A DNA stretch of 63,841 nt, counting the filler, from Reticulomyxa filosa (taxonomy: Eukaryota; Protista; Foraminifera): assembly GCA_000512085.1 (NCBI GenBank). It is 10 parts of 10 records of this genome, joined end to end, with 100 filler letters (N's around TTAATTAATTAA, not from the genome) between each part and the next. Parts side by side here need not be neighbours in the genome. Positions count along the whole stretch, not along the records: positions 24,718 to 27,771 come from ASPP01010021.1; positions 27,872 to 29,948 come from ASPP01043857.1; positions 30,049 to 36,519 come from ASPP01024773.1; positions 36,620 to 39,782 come from ASPP01012679.1; 6 more parts are not named here. One strand, given 5' to 3'. The notes under the pieces were generated by a model. It did not search any database, was not told the DNA's origin, and saw only the letters and a list, made by a program, of their open reading frames with translations. Shown here in pieces: positions 25,859-39,347 of the stretch (the stretch's first letter is position 1; each line of letters begins with the position of its first letter). The translations under genes were made by a program, and so were the position numbers.

Positions 25859-27105
25859 TGTCGAGACAACGTCGCGAAAACAGTGAAAACTCGCATAGCC
25901 TTTTTTGTTGTGAGAAATTTTTTAGTTTGAACTGAAACTAGAAACAGTTTTGCATTTAGTTGCATTACAGCAGAGCTCTTGGATGTGTGGCTTTTTATTA
26001 ATTAGGATGAAGTTTGATACACGAAAATTTCACTTTGTGAAGATGATCGATTTTCTGTGCAAAAATACATTTTTTCAAATTTTAAAATATTCAAGTGTTT
26101 CAAAATACATTTTATTTCTTCTACTGCAAACTTTTTTATTCTTCTTTTATGACATTACATTATACTTAATGATTTTTTTGTAAATATTAGTTTAATTTTG
26201 CATTTCATTATTTTTTTGTTAATTTACAATTGGAACTTCTTAATTGAAATAATATTTAAAATACAACAAAAGTATCAATTTCTTTTAAGCAAATATAACA
26301 AAGCACAACGAAGTAAAACAGCAGTAACATAAAGGCTTAATTGTCAAAAATTGTCACAATTAACAAATACTAAAAAAAAAACATGTGGAGTTATTGTAAT
26401 AAACTAAAACATTCCAATAATGCAAAAAGTAAAAGTTAATTATTTAAAAAACGAAATAAATTCACAAAGTACATTCATATCAAGAGTATATATTTCGCAA
26501 GAATATGAAATGCCGATTCTCTTAATTTTGCTGTGGGAAGTGCTGACGGCACAAAGTGTAATACGAAAGATATTGCTCTCTAAGCGACCTTTCAATAGAA
26601 AACAAATCAAAAGGATAAATGACTACAACAGCAAAAGAAGAAAAAAACGAGAAAAAAAAAGAGAATGGATTTCAAGATTCACTTGAACCTTGACATTAAA
26701 TAGTAGGGCCTTTCCCAACTGCAATATTTCCGTTGATATAAGAAAATTTTTATTTCAACAAATTTTAATTTAATTTAAAAACATTTACAATTAGCAGTTT
26801 TTGTGAAATAATTACTGTCCTGGATGAAATGGCTTTATTGATATTGATTTTTGGTTCGACTTTTTTTTTTCAGGGATATAATGATTTGAATTGGTTTTTG
26901 GATCGATCATTGAATTATATTGTCTATCTATATGCGCGATTTTCTTTGCTAAACTTCAATGCAAGTTCTACCTTCACAGTTAATGTTTTTACAACAAAAA
27001 AATATACATTTGATGATATTCAATTCGTTTTTGACGTTTAAAAGAAGTGACAAACATAACGTTTTGACGAGGTTCCCTACATTTTCATTATTAAAAAGAA
27101 TAGTC

Positions 27106-27771
27106 ATGCACAGCATTGCGTTTGTTGTATATTTGTTGATTTATGTAATTTTTTTGGTGTTATCATTATGTCTTGTGGTGCGCAAGCCTCGGGATAAAAA
27201 ATTGGAACTTGGACTGGCGCCAGTTGCGTCAAACAGTGCCGGTTATGGATCTTCCCGAATGGGACGTCCCCGAATGCATGGGCTGACGATGTCAAACGCG
27301 CCATCGAACACAATGAGTACAGTGCAAAGGAGTGCCGTGAGCAATGACATAACAACAGCAATGATGTCAGCAGCAGAGCCAAAAGAAGAGAGTGCAAGTG
27401 ATCGGATGAAGAAGCTAGTACTCACAAACCCGAGTGTGATGATGAATATCGTGTTCAATATAATAAGCGAAGCGTTGCATATAAGCTTTTTTCGCATATT
27501 ACAATACTATAGTATGGATCTAGTAGCCTCTGAATCTTCGGCCACATCTTTGCGGCAAGCGTCAATGGTACTTTTTTATGTGGGGATCTGTTGTTTCATT
27601 GTCAATCGAGTGATCTCCTACGTTGTTATATTAAACCTTACACACTCTTTTCGATTCGCTTTATGGAATTTACTTGATTTATATTTCACCTATATCCTCC
27701 GTTATCATCAAGCTCACCCTTTATGGTTTGTCTCAATTTTTTTTTTTTTTTTGGTCCATTCGTTAGTTGTT
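27106..27771 (+). CDS. Multi-pass membrane protein of unknown family, 3'-truncated
   Basis: MHSIAFVVYLLIYVIFLVLSLCLVV, a Ser-rich loop and further TM segments (VLFYVGICCFIVNRVISYVVIL). Confidence 0.6.
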
Positions 27772-28066
27772 NNNNNNNNNNNNNNNNNNNNNNNNNNNNN
27801 NNNNNNNNNNNNNNNTTAATTAATTAANNNNNNNNNNNNNNNNNNNNNNNNNNNNNNNNNNNNNNNNNNNNAAAAAAATCAAGTTATCCTCGCACCATTT
27901 TTGCTGAGCTTGTGCAATAGACTCTTTTTTTTTACTATGTTAAAACACAAGTAATTTCCCTAATGAAAGAAACATTTGATCTTATTTCAAAAATGAAATA
28001 CATGATTTTTGTCTAATAAAGATAACAACAAACAACATTTGTGAACAATCAGAAGACAAGAACAAT

Positions 28067-29948
28067 TTAATTGGATATAATATTAGACTGAGTATACGAA
28101 ATGGTAGTAAGTTTCTTTGCAATTCCTACAAAATGAGTTTCCAAACCGCTTGCATCCAAATTATCTTTTACTGTTGCACCAACTGCTTGCCATCTTATTT
28201 AAAGTAGGGCTCTGACACGTGCGAAAAATGCAAGGAAAAAAATGAAATCCTTGAGAACAGTATATTTTGATATCTTTCAAAAGATCAGAAGCCCCATTAT
28301 CCACGTCTTTGCCATCAGTCAAAAAAATAAGGACAATAGGCTTTGATGCATTCCGTTTCACTACCTCGTAGATGCATTTGACAACCGCAAGAAACGACGT
28401 ATCCCCCCAGGGTACACTAGCAGGGTAGAGAACCTTTCTCACGGTGTCAAGATTAAATTCAATATTTTCTTTGACGTATTGGCTTCTGAATCAAAAAAAA
28501 TAATGGTTCCTTTATCCTTGCATCCAGTGCTCTGTCGTTGTTGAATAAACGAGTGAACTATTTTCCAAGTATTGTGGACGTCATATATGTCTCAAACGAT
28601 CACACTCATTTTATTTTTATTTTTTTTATTTTGTAAAAATTGGGTTATGGATATGGTTGAGTGTTTCCTTTTTCTCTCAACTTGCGTCATATGCCGCACC
28701 TAATCGATTATTTAGACCGTATTTGTTCGTGGAGGGAGACAAATAGTTTTTTGTTTCCTCTCTTTTGGGTTTCACATCCCACCAACTCATGCTGCTACTG
28801 ACGTCGACAGCGAATATACTTTTTTTAAATAAATAAATTTTAAAAAAAGTTTAAGAATTTTGATTCCAACAAAATGTACATAATATATATATATTAAATA
28901 TGTAATGTGATTACGTAACACGTGGTACTTTCCAGGATGAGAACACGAGAAAACATGGCCATTCATAACAGCAGTGTTGATGGAGTCACTCTTTTGTTCT
29001 GTCACAGGAGCATGCCATAGTCTTTCCATGCAATACGATTTTTTGATCTCACCACAGTCATCTTTGATTTTTGTGTGGTCTGAATGAGAACAAAAATGAT
29101 TGCATTTCTCAAATTGCTTTTGGGACGGGAGTTTACAAGGATCCTCAAATTTCAAATATCTTTCCCAGTAGTATTTGTGAGTGACTTTATCCAAATCGTT
29201 CCTTCCTCCGCATTCATCAGCACTTGCATGTCTTCGTACATAGTAAGTCTCATTATTAGCTGTTTCCATGACATCGCAGCTTCCGTTTTTATGTTTATCG
29301 CATTTGATCAGATGGAAATGGCCTCTTCCCATTTTCTCACAAAAGAAATCACATATTTCAGCCTCTGCAGTGTCTCCAGTAGTATACACACGAACCGTGT
29401 TTTCGACAAATTCTTTTGCAATTGACGTGGCACAGTCTATTTCCCATTTCGTCGTTTGTTCGCTGAATTCTATCGAGGCATTGTTTTCTACCATAAATTT
29501 GCAATTCGACATGTTACCATGGACAGTGGAATGCGCACCACTATGTCCAAATGGCTTGGTGCAATAGTAGCCACAAGCTTGACAAGTACTTTGACACGTA
29601 TGCAGAGCTTCCCTACATTTGTGCTCTCCATCATGCATCTTTTTATATTTGGGCAACACTTGACTGCATTTATAAGTCTTGCCATTGGCTTTAATGTGCG
29701 AAACATACTCAAACGATTTGGCTCCGACAGTCTTTGGCTTATATATTTTTTTTTCATTTATTATACGTTCGCACTCGACCTTGCAATTTCCAGCTTCCCT
29801 ACAGTCGTGCAAGCATTGATGTCTTTCCGAACTACAACAATGGAATGGAATCACCCCACTTTCAATTTTTTTTTCGTCTTTCATATCCACATCATGGAAA
29901 TGACCGCCATTGCAATCACATGTTGCCTCTACATTGCAAACAAAATTT
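28067..29948 (-). CDS. C-terminal part of a large Cys/His-rich repeat + von Willebrand factor A domain protein
   Basis: Repeated HxCxxxC motifs, CGYYCTKPFGH, HGNMS, CEKMGRGHFH and FEDP, then vWA motifs FAVDVSSSM (DxSxS MIDAS), GDTSF and IFLTDG. Two single-A frameshifts at ~28480 and ~28187. Confidence 0.75.
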
Positions 29949-30105
29949 NNNNNNNNNNNNNNNNNNNNNNNNNNNNNNNNNNNNNNNNNNNNTTAATTAA
30001 TTAANNNNNNNNNNNNNNNNNNNNNNNNNNNNNNNNNNNNNNNNNNNNTTTTTTTTTGGGGCTTTGCCACTTTTATTTTATTTTGTGTAATTTTTTCAAA
30101 AAAAG

Positions 30106-30742
30106 GATTACGCGAGGTAAGCATACTCAGTGCGGCGATGGACGCAGATAAATCGGCGGTGACAAAAGCATTGGCCTCTGGTGAATCCTTATATCTATGG
30201 GTGGGAGGGTCTCGTGAATTGCTCACTACTGATCCTGATAGCAACGACACAAAGATTGTGATCACAGACCGAAAAGGATTTGTGAAATTGGCCATCGAAA
30301 CTGGAACTGATATCAGTTTGTTTTTTTCTTCTTCTTTCTTATGATAATGTCAATCCCTTTTATCTTGTATATGTGTAAAACAACAGTTCCGGTGATGCAA
30401 TTTGGCGAGAAATTTGCGTACAAAAAATTCTCATTTTCCGGCAAATTAAAGAAATTCTTGTACGGATTGAAGATTCCTTTAATCTTGTTCCATGGAAGAT
30501 ACGGCACCCTTCTACCGTATTTGCAGCGCTCTAATGGCAAGGATATTCGTCTAGGCATGGTCTTTGACGTTCCCATACATGTGAAGAAACAAGTCCCTGT
30601 CGATCCTCAGTACATGGATGAAATCCACGCTGAGTACATGAAGAGATTACAATATCTATTTGACACATACAAACATCATTTTAACTATGAACCCGAACAA
30701 ACTCTTCAAATGATTTCCAGTGAAGAAGTTCGATTGACCTGA
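30106..30742 (+). CDS. DGAT2: Diacylglycerol acyltransferase DGAT2/MOGAT family, 3' part
   Basis: WVGGSRELL, RKGFVKLAIETG, VPVMQFGE, PIHV and IHAEYMKRLQYLFDTYK. Confidence 0.9.
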
Positions 30743-32325
30743 TTTCAAATTGTCGTTTTTAATTATCTGTTTGTTTATTTGCCTTATTTTCATTTTGCCA
30801 ATATGTTATTTGTTACCGTATTTGCTACTTTGTTACTTGTATTAATTCTTATCATTACTTGTTGTATTACGCATTTGGCTCAAAAACATTGCCCTTTACT
30901 TTTTCAAATAGCAATTTTCCTTGGCTCCGCTTTACCTTTTTTTTGTATTGGCGCAGGAGACAATAATCTAACAATTGAGAAATGAGTAATACACAACACA
31001 ATAGCCACTTATGTATATTCCTTTACAAATTTGATGCTTTATTGTTTGGTGTCACACCTTTATTTCTATAAACATGTTTTTTGTTGAGAAATACATTTTT
31101 GTCTAACAGCAACAATAAAGATTTCATAGTGTCATCACTTATCGTACAGAAAATCTTATAACAAAACCAATTTTTGTCTTTTTTTAAAAGTAAACACCAT
31201 TTTGTACTCAATACTTTTGTTATATATGTCAATAATTCTTTTTAAATATTATTTTTAATTTTCTTGGTTACTTTAAAAATAATGTAAGAAATATTGAAAA
31301 TAAATTAAAGATTTACAGTTTCAAAAATATTTTTTAATACATTACCACTCATTTTTTTAACTAGACGATTCAAGAAAGAAAAAGTCAACTCAAGATTTAC
31401 TTAAATGAGCTGATCTCCAGATGCCAGCGTGTAAATTGCTGACCGTATGTAGGACTAATCGTAGTTCAAAGTTTAAGCATAGTTGGTTTGCTTTATGGAA
31501 TCTATTTTGACAAGTATAATACCATTGGAATTATATGTGTTATGGTGTTGGCAGTATTTTTTGGTTTAATATTTCTAGTTGTTCCTCTAACAAGTTAATT
31601 ATATATTTTATTTTTTTTTCATTTAAATATTTTGTTTTTGTTTTTTTTAGGAAGGACAATTTTGGTTCGTAAGCACCATAGTGTAAATTCTTCCAGCTCT
31701 TCAAACTATCCCAACTATTCAGACTATCACAACAATCCAAATTATTCCAACAATTCAAACTCTAATAACACAATCAATAATCACTTTTAGGATTCCACAA
31801 TTTTCAATATTTGTGAACTGGATATAAAAAAAAACAATATCAACAACAAGATTAAATCAGCACTTATGTTTTTTTATTTTGTTTGTTCTTAATTACTTTA
31901 AATATAAGTACTTTTATCTTTGTTATTTTCCAGTTCAATACAGTTTGCCGAATATTTTGGATTTCGACTTAATTTTTTTCATGTCTTTTTGTTTTATCTC
32001 CAAGAACGAAAGATATCACATTCGTTCAAATTTTTTTTTAAAAACGAGAACGGAGTTAAAAATAATTGACAATTAAGAGTTACGTTCATCTGTAAGTTTA
32101 TCCCCAATCATATACCTCAAAACGCACTCTTGACAGGTTCCAAAATTGTTTGTTGCTTATTATCTGTAGTTTGATTTCCACATTGTTGCTTTTGTTTTGT
32201 GGTTGTTTTGCTCACTTTCTGTCAAAAGCTTGAAAACACACTTTTCAGTAAGTGTAGATTTTCCCATTTATTTTTTTAACTACCACTCCTAATCTCAAAC
32301 CGAAACGAATAAAAAACTGAGCAAT

Positions 32326-34118
32326 ATGGATCAATCAGCTATCCTGAGCAATTTTCAGCCAATCCAGTCTAACGGTAACCTGTGGGAATTTTTTTTAAAT
32401 CAAGCATCGGGACAGAAAAGACATGAAGGTCATTTAATCATTCTGGGCAATGCCAACAGCGGAAAAACAGAGTTAGTATCAGCGATGAGACATATAGAAA
32501 GCAAAGTCGGGGAAACGAAGAAATCGTTAATGATGAAATACTCTTATCTTCACATGTCCGATCTCAGTTTTGATGGTAGAATATTTTACTTTATTATTAT
32601 CATTATATTTTTTTTTTTGTTACCATGTGTCCATAAACGAATTCAAAGAAGTATACGTTTCCAAAAAAAAGTGTTGCTATTATTGTGCCGTGTTTATTTT
32701 GTTTTCAAATGGAAACACATGAAATTGACAACAAAAAATATGACAATAGCCTCAAACAAAATGTTGAACGTGTGGCAAGTGACATCGATTGAACACTGCG
32801 CAGTACTGAAAGAAGTGATTCCAAAAGACGAAATGGATCGACTGGCTTGGATGATCGTACTCGATTGCTCTCGACTCCATTTGATAAAGGAGGAATTTGA
32901 CAAATGGATCCAAGTCGTTGTCGAAACACAAAAATTGCTACTAGCCAGGTGCGACACCAAAACGCAAGAAGATCTCAAAGATAAAAGTTTTGCATTACTT
33001 TTGAAGGAAATTATACGTACATTTTGTGCTTATTTGTTTAAAAGAATGGAGTGACAATGTGAAAGCAGAGCAAGTCCTCAAAAGGCATTTCTCTATTTCT
33101 GTTGTGTTTATTTGCTTGCGTTTATACAGTTTTTCAACATGTTCAAAACTACTGCAATCACCACGAAGTAGACGTTGTAGAAGCCACGGGCCATATAAAA
33201 GTTTCAAGCAGCAAAAAAAAAATAAAAAAAAAAATAAAAAAATAAATTCACATCACAAACGAAATAAATAAACGAAGCAATAAAATGGGATGATGTTGTT
33301 AGGTCAGTGTAGATAGCAATCTGAACAATCCCAATGTAAACATTGGAGCGCCATTGATAATTGTATTAAATAAAGTGGATACGATGAAATCGTTGTATGC
33401 AACGGAAACAGAGGCTAACAATCGGTACGAAATATTGACACAGTTTGTACGCTTGTGGAGCTTAGAATATGCGGCAACATGCTTTAGTATGGGCAAAGGA
33501 ATGAAAGAACAAGGAAAACGAATTGCAGCCTATTTGGAACATTGCGTCTTTGGCATGCCTTTACATTGTGGTCCATCCACCATTGTGAGTTTAACGAACT
33601 TGAAGGAGGAATTTTTATTCATTCCGTCGGGTTTTGACAGCCAACAGATATTGGAGAGTCAACCCAACAGCTGCTGGTCTTCAACTGACGCTTTTGATAA
33701 GTACTTCCCTTTAGATAAAAATCCATCCAAAGTTAGAATTTTTTTTGACTCACACTTACAATCATTTCTTGATTGCTGAGGCTGGTATGTGTGCTGACAG
33801 GTTGTAAAAAAAAAGGCACCGATTCAAGTAAGTGCTGATAACACTTTTTTTAAAGAAATTGCATGGATTTTAGATAATGCTAAAAGCAAAAGACCATCTT
33901 TGAGTATCAACAATGCCAAATTTACAGAAGAGCCGATGACCACTAGTACAACCAGTGTCAGTACTCGTGAAAGTAGAAAAAACGATACTGCGACTGTTAG
34001 CATACCCTTCCATAACACAAAAAAAATAATTATTCATAAAAATAAACAACATATGCTCTGGTTTCTGTTATAGGTTCAAAAATTTTTTACAAAGTTGCTG
34101 GAAAATTCGTCTAGGTAG
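32326..34118 (+). CDS. DYNC1LI: Cytoplasmic dynein 1 light intermediate chain, multi-exon
   Basis: NLWEFFL, P-loop ILGNANSGKTEL, KYSYL, LNVWQ, IVLDCS, NIGAPLIIVLNKVD, LFIPSGFDS and the C-terminal amphipathic helix VQKFFTKLL. Confidence 0.88.
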
Positions 34119-35252
34119 TTTAAAGATAATTAAAATTAAATAACATCAATAAAATAAGGATGGGATTTATTTATTTTTTTCTAATTAATTTAATTTATCA
34201 AAAGATTGTTATTGAACGAGGAAAAACAATAAACGATAAACTATTGAATTCTGTATATTCTCTTGGAAACCTGACATGTACTCAAAACTGTCTAAGATTT
34301 AAAAAAAGTTACTTAAAAAAAAGGGTTTACAAAAATGGATAGATTTTTGTGTATTGACAGAATTTCAATTAGTCTATGTTTGATTGGATACTGGTTTAGT
34401 TTTTTCATTATCAAAACAAATTCGCTACATTTCAAGTTGTTTTTGTTTTGAAGTTTTGTACTTTTTCCGAACGTATAGCAACTCGATTACAGACCAATCC
34501 ATGCAATAATTGTTTCTTTTTTGATAATCAATTGATTGAGGTAATATTATACTTTTTGTTATTAATTTTTTCCTCACAAAGTAAGACGAATAGCCCTATG
34601 TGTGATTGACAAACAGCAAAAAGTATTGAATAGCTAGTGTGTCAACTTAAGATTGTCAATTTTCTGCATGGAAAACACATTTATAAAGGATTTTTTAAAG
34701 CATGTAATTTATTTTCACATATTTTTTAAAGTATGCATTACTATTTTCAGTAATCTTATTTTCAAAAAACATAATTATATCTAGATATAAAAATTTGATT
34801 AGTTATTTCCATGAACAGAATGATATGTTGGCACAATTGCTGTTCAATACTTTTGTTCAACAAAGAGAAGGTATTCGAAAAAATATAGTGTATCAGTGTC
34901 CTTCTACAAAACTACACGTGGCTTGTTTGTGACAATATATATAATTTATCTAATCATAACCAAACGAATATCTTTGAAAAATAATATACTTGTCCACAAA
35001 AAAGGTCATTTAAAATGTAGCTGCGTTCTGTTCAGAACAATTCAATTGCTGATGAATACATTACTTGAAAATACAAACAACTTTTTTTAAAATATACATA
35101 TTACGCAATTTTTTTTGATTATTCACTGTAAATGGGGCATTGTACTTTTTAAATTGTTTATTCGAATGGAACTTTGTAAATTGTTTGAGGAAGGCAGTGT
35201 TCTGTTTTTGTTACATTTTTTCAATTTTCAATTTTTTTTTATATAGTCACAA

Positions 35253-36509
35253 ATGTACTCTCTGCCTATTCACACACCCGGGAAAGTGGAAAGTGACGAA
35301 CAAGAGAGGAATTGCATGAAACTTACAGGCGGGCTGGCGTTGAACAACTCGTTCGACAGTTTTGCAACGTACCCTGCGACTCCATACAATGGAAGTCCTC
35401 AATCTTCGATTAGTTTTACCACACCAACCCCTGGATCTTTAGCAGTCTCTTCGATAAACACACCAATAACTACAATGATTCGTGATAACACGTACCCCAA
35501 TGCTGACAGTGCAAGTCGTTTTGGGATGTCACTATCTTTTCCAGACGTAGAGAATTCTCCATCACGTTCCATCGGTTCTGGAACACTAAATCGGCCCGAT
35601 ATGTTAGCATCCCTTCCTCCATGGCGAGCATCAGCAGCCAATGAAAAAAGCCCAAATGTCTGGAAGCCCAAACATCAGTACGGTGAAAGTTGTGATAACA
35701 TTTCTTCTGGGATGAACACACCAAAACATAGCAAAATTCGAAAGCAAAGTCTGAAAAGATCGGTTAAGTTACTTGGGGAAAAAAAAAAAATATAATGATA
35801 TAATATTATAATAATAAAGTAATCGTCGAGCAAGTACGCTTGTGCTTGTCTCTTTCACATTGCGTGAAGAAAAAAAATTTTATTAATTTTATTTGCTTTG
35901 TGTGTTTTTTTTTCCAAAAAAAAAAAAAAAAAAAATGCACAGTTAACAGACATAAACTGCACCTGCCCAAGCAGTTTGAATCCATCCCCGAAAAAACTTC
36001 GAAAAGTCTTGACCACATTCACTCCAGAGGATAAAAGTGATGAGGTATTTGGGGAAAAAAAATAAAATAAGATAATCGTTGAAAAGATGATGTTTCTTTT
36101 TTAAATTTGTATACGTTTCAATTTTTGTTTTTTGTTTTCTTGTTTTTTGTTTCTTGTTTCTATTTTTGCACACTGTGATAAGTAACTTTGCCAAGAAGAT
36201 GAAAGGGATGCAAAAAAATAAAAAAAATATCGTCTTTCTTCCCACGAAGGTAAACAATGGAAATTGAAGGACAAGTACAAAATTGAGGAGCGACAGTGAT
36301 ACAATACACCTACCCTGTCTGTACACACAAACATACTTTGACAGCTGTTGGAAGATTGGGGCAGTTACTTTAAAGAATTTGACAAGATTTACGAACAAAA
36401 CAACCAACAATTGCCATCGATTCGCGCAATTATGAAACAATTTAAAATTGGATTTCCAAAGGCGAAAGAGATTTTAACAATATGGGCAAGAGACGTCTTG
36501 GGAAAATCA
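35253..36509 (+). CDS. 5' exons of an unknown protein: Ser/Pro-rich N-terminus followed by a winged-HTH-like motif
   Basis: ORF MYSLPIHTPG... with GT-AG introns. The last exon reads LPSIRAIMKQFKIGFPKAKEILTIW. Truncated by the spacer. Confidence 0.6.
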
Positions 36510-36677
36510 GTTGTTTTTTNNNNNNNNNNNNNNNNNNNNNNNNNNNNNNNNNNNNNNNNNNNNTTAATTAATTAANNNNNNNNNNNNNNNNNNNNNNNNN
36601 NNNNNNNNNNNNNNNNNNNAACCTCTCCACCCGTTTCTCCTGTGTATGTGTTATATATCTAAAATGATTAAAAAAAG

Positions 36678-37069
36678 ACGATTGAATGGAGAGTTGCACA
36701 TAAAAGACCAGGGATATGTAGTTCGATTTCAATCGTTTCATAATCCACCCAAGTCAAAGACAAAGACAAAGACAAAGACAAAGAAAAATGTTATAGTCGA
36801 TTATGTATGCGACCCAAATGACCCAATATTCGACCCAAAGAAAGGCATTCCAAGTTTGGGTGAAGTGGAGTTCGAACTGAAGCTCCGTGATAATTACATC
36901 ACAGGAGACAAGGGATCCGATCCTTCTGATTTCATCGCCTTTCGTTTGAAAAAAGTGTCTCTTACAATTCTGGATGGCGTTATCATATATTTCTCGCAAA
37001 CGACGTTGACTGGCATTGTCGTTACTAAAAGTTTATATATACATAAATATATATAAATATAAATATACA

Positions 37070-37104
<35 letters not shown>

Positions 37105-37989
37105 GTATACATATATGTATTTATATGCACAATGTTTACATACTAAAAAATAAAAAATAAAAAATAAAAAATAAAAAAAATGAACAAATAAAATGGGATG
37201 AAACAGCTGAGAATGATTCGTTAGTGTTATGGAATACATATGAATTTGATAGAGAATCATTTCTGCCATCGGCTTCGTCAATATCGGCATCCGCACTCAC
37301 ATTTTCACCTCCGTCTCCATCAGTCTCTCCTTCTCTTCCTTCTTCCTCATCGCATTCGATGTCGGTGTCGTCCAACACTATCCACAGTCTCAAGGCCAAC
37401 GCGTCTGTGCAGTTCCATTGTAAGCCCGTGGACGATGGCTACGATACGAACAAGATTGCTAAGTATCGAATTACCAATTTGACTGTTACCGACAAGCCAT
37501 CATTTTTTCAATCCAAGTTTTGTTTGTTTTTTATTGAATTAAATTGAATTGAATTAAATTAACTTTAATCAATGTCAATGTCAATGTCAATGTCAATGAC
37601 TCAATTCCTCAATTTCCATTCAAAACAAATAAAATAGTTTGATTGAACGTGAATTCACTGGGATTGTCAAAACAGTCGCAAATACGGAAATGTGCGGATG
37701 GATCTACGATGACTCTCGCAATATGATGCTCCCTTACGTGATGAAAGAAGGAGAGACGAGTTGGCTGAACAAGCGCGTGGGGTACAATGAGACAAGTATG
37801 AGCGACGTTTGCAAAAGGTATAGCTCTCGATACTCCGTGCAGGCACAAGACATGGTGCTGTGGATAAGCGATTCCCCAATGTATCGTCAAATAAAGCAAC
37901 AGCCGATTTCGCAGAGCTGTATTATTAACGCTATCGGTGTCAATGATGCCAATGATGACAGTGACAACGACAACGACAATGACAGCAAT

Positions 37990-38026
<37 letters not shown>

Positions 38027-38308
38027 TTCTATATCACAACAGTGTATTGACATGGAACCAACTATTACCTCCTGGGACGAAGCAAGACATTTCTCGTTTG
38101 GAATTCAAGACTCTGCCCAGTTCTAACGATCAGTCTCTGAACAGGAAGGGCGAGCGGATGACAAGTGAGATGGACGTGTATACCATTGTCACAGAAGCCG
38201 AGATTTTTATCAATGCTATTTTAAATAGACACTCTGTTGATGGAGGAATCCTCTACTTTGGTTTGGAGATTGAAGAAAGGACTATTGATGATAAGAAGGG
38301 AGACAAGG

Positions 38309-38369
<61 letters not shown>

Positions 38370-39315
38370 TAGTGACAATGAGAATAGCAATGGCGATAAT
38401 GATGATGATGATGATGATGATGAAGATAATGAATTTGATGATGATGAACTTATAATGTTTACAATTGGCGAAGCCTCTCGAGATCTTCCTAAGGCCGCGA
38501 AAGAATCTGTCATTCGTGTGAAAGGTGTTTCGGGGATCAGTGCCAACAAAAAAGGCTATATCGAAAGTGCGTTGTATGCAAGATTGAGGTTGTTTCGACC
38601 TGTTTCTATCACGCGACAATGGGTTCAAATGGAATGGATCCCACTTGTCGATAAGGACAGATACTTGATCGCCGATGCCTATGTTCTCATTCTACGCGTT
38701 TTCTTTGATCAGTTTTGTGTGTTTATTCTTTTTTTAATTGAATCATTTTGTTTGAGTTTAATCAATTGATCTCCTCTCCTCTCCTCTTCTTCCTTCTTTT
38801 TTGTAAGCATTAAATATATGCATATAATTATCACGCAAATAGATCCATCGCAAGTTGTAACCATTTGACTACCTCAAAAGGCGAAGCGTACACACGTCGT
38901 TGGGTGGAAAAATACACTAAATATGTGTCTTTGCCGATCGATGCCAATATCGATGATTATTCCTCTCTCAAGGCTGACAATGTAAGCACGCCCGCGTTGC
39001 TCTCCTCTCTCCCTCCGCTCCCTCTGGATAGTCACATCGCTCTCCCTCCATTGCAGCACTTGCATCTCTCCGATAAACAGCACGAAGCCAAATCGCCTAC
39101 CGACACCGCTTCTCAGTCCACAAACAATCTGACAAAGATTGATCAATTGTGGTCTCTCATTGATCAGCACGAAAAAGGTCATCTCATAAAAAAACGAAAA
39201 AAAACGCATTCCACAATCTAATAATTCCACACTTGACTCAGTTTGTTTTTTTTCTTTTCTATAATATAACATTATATACACACATATATATATATATATA
39301 TGTGTATATATACAC

Positions 39316-39347
<32 letters not shown>

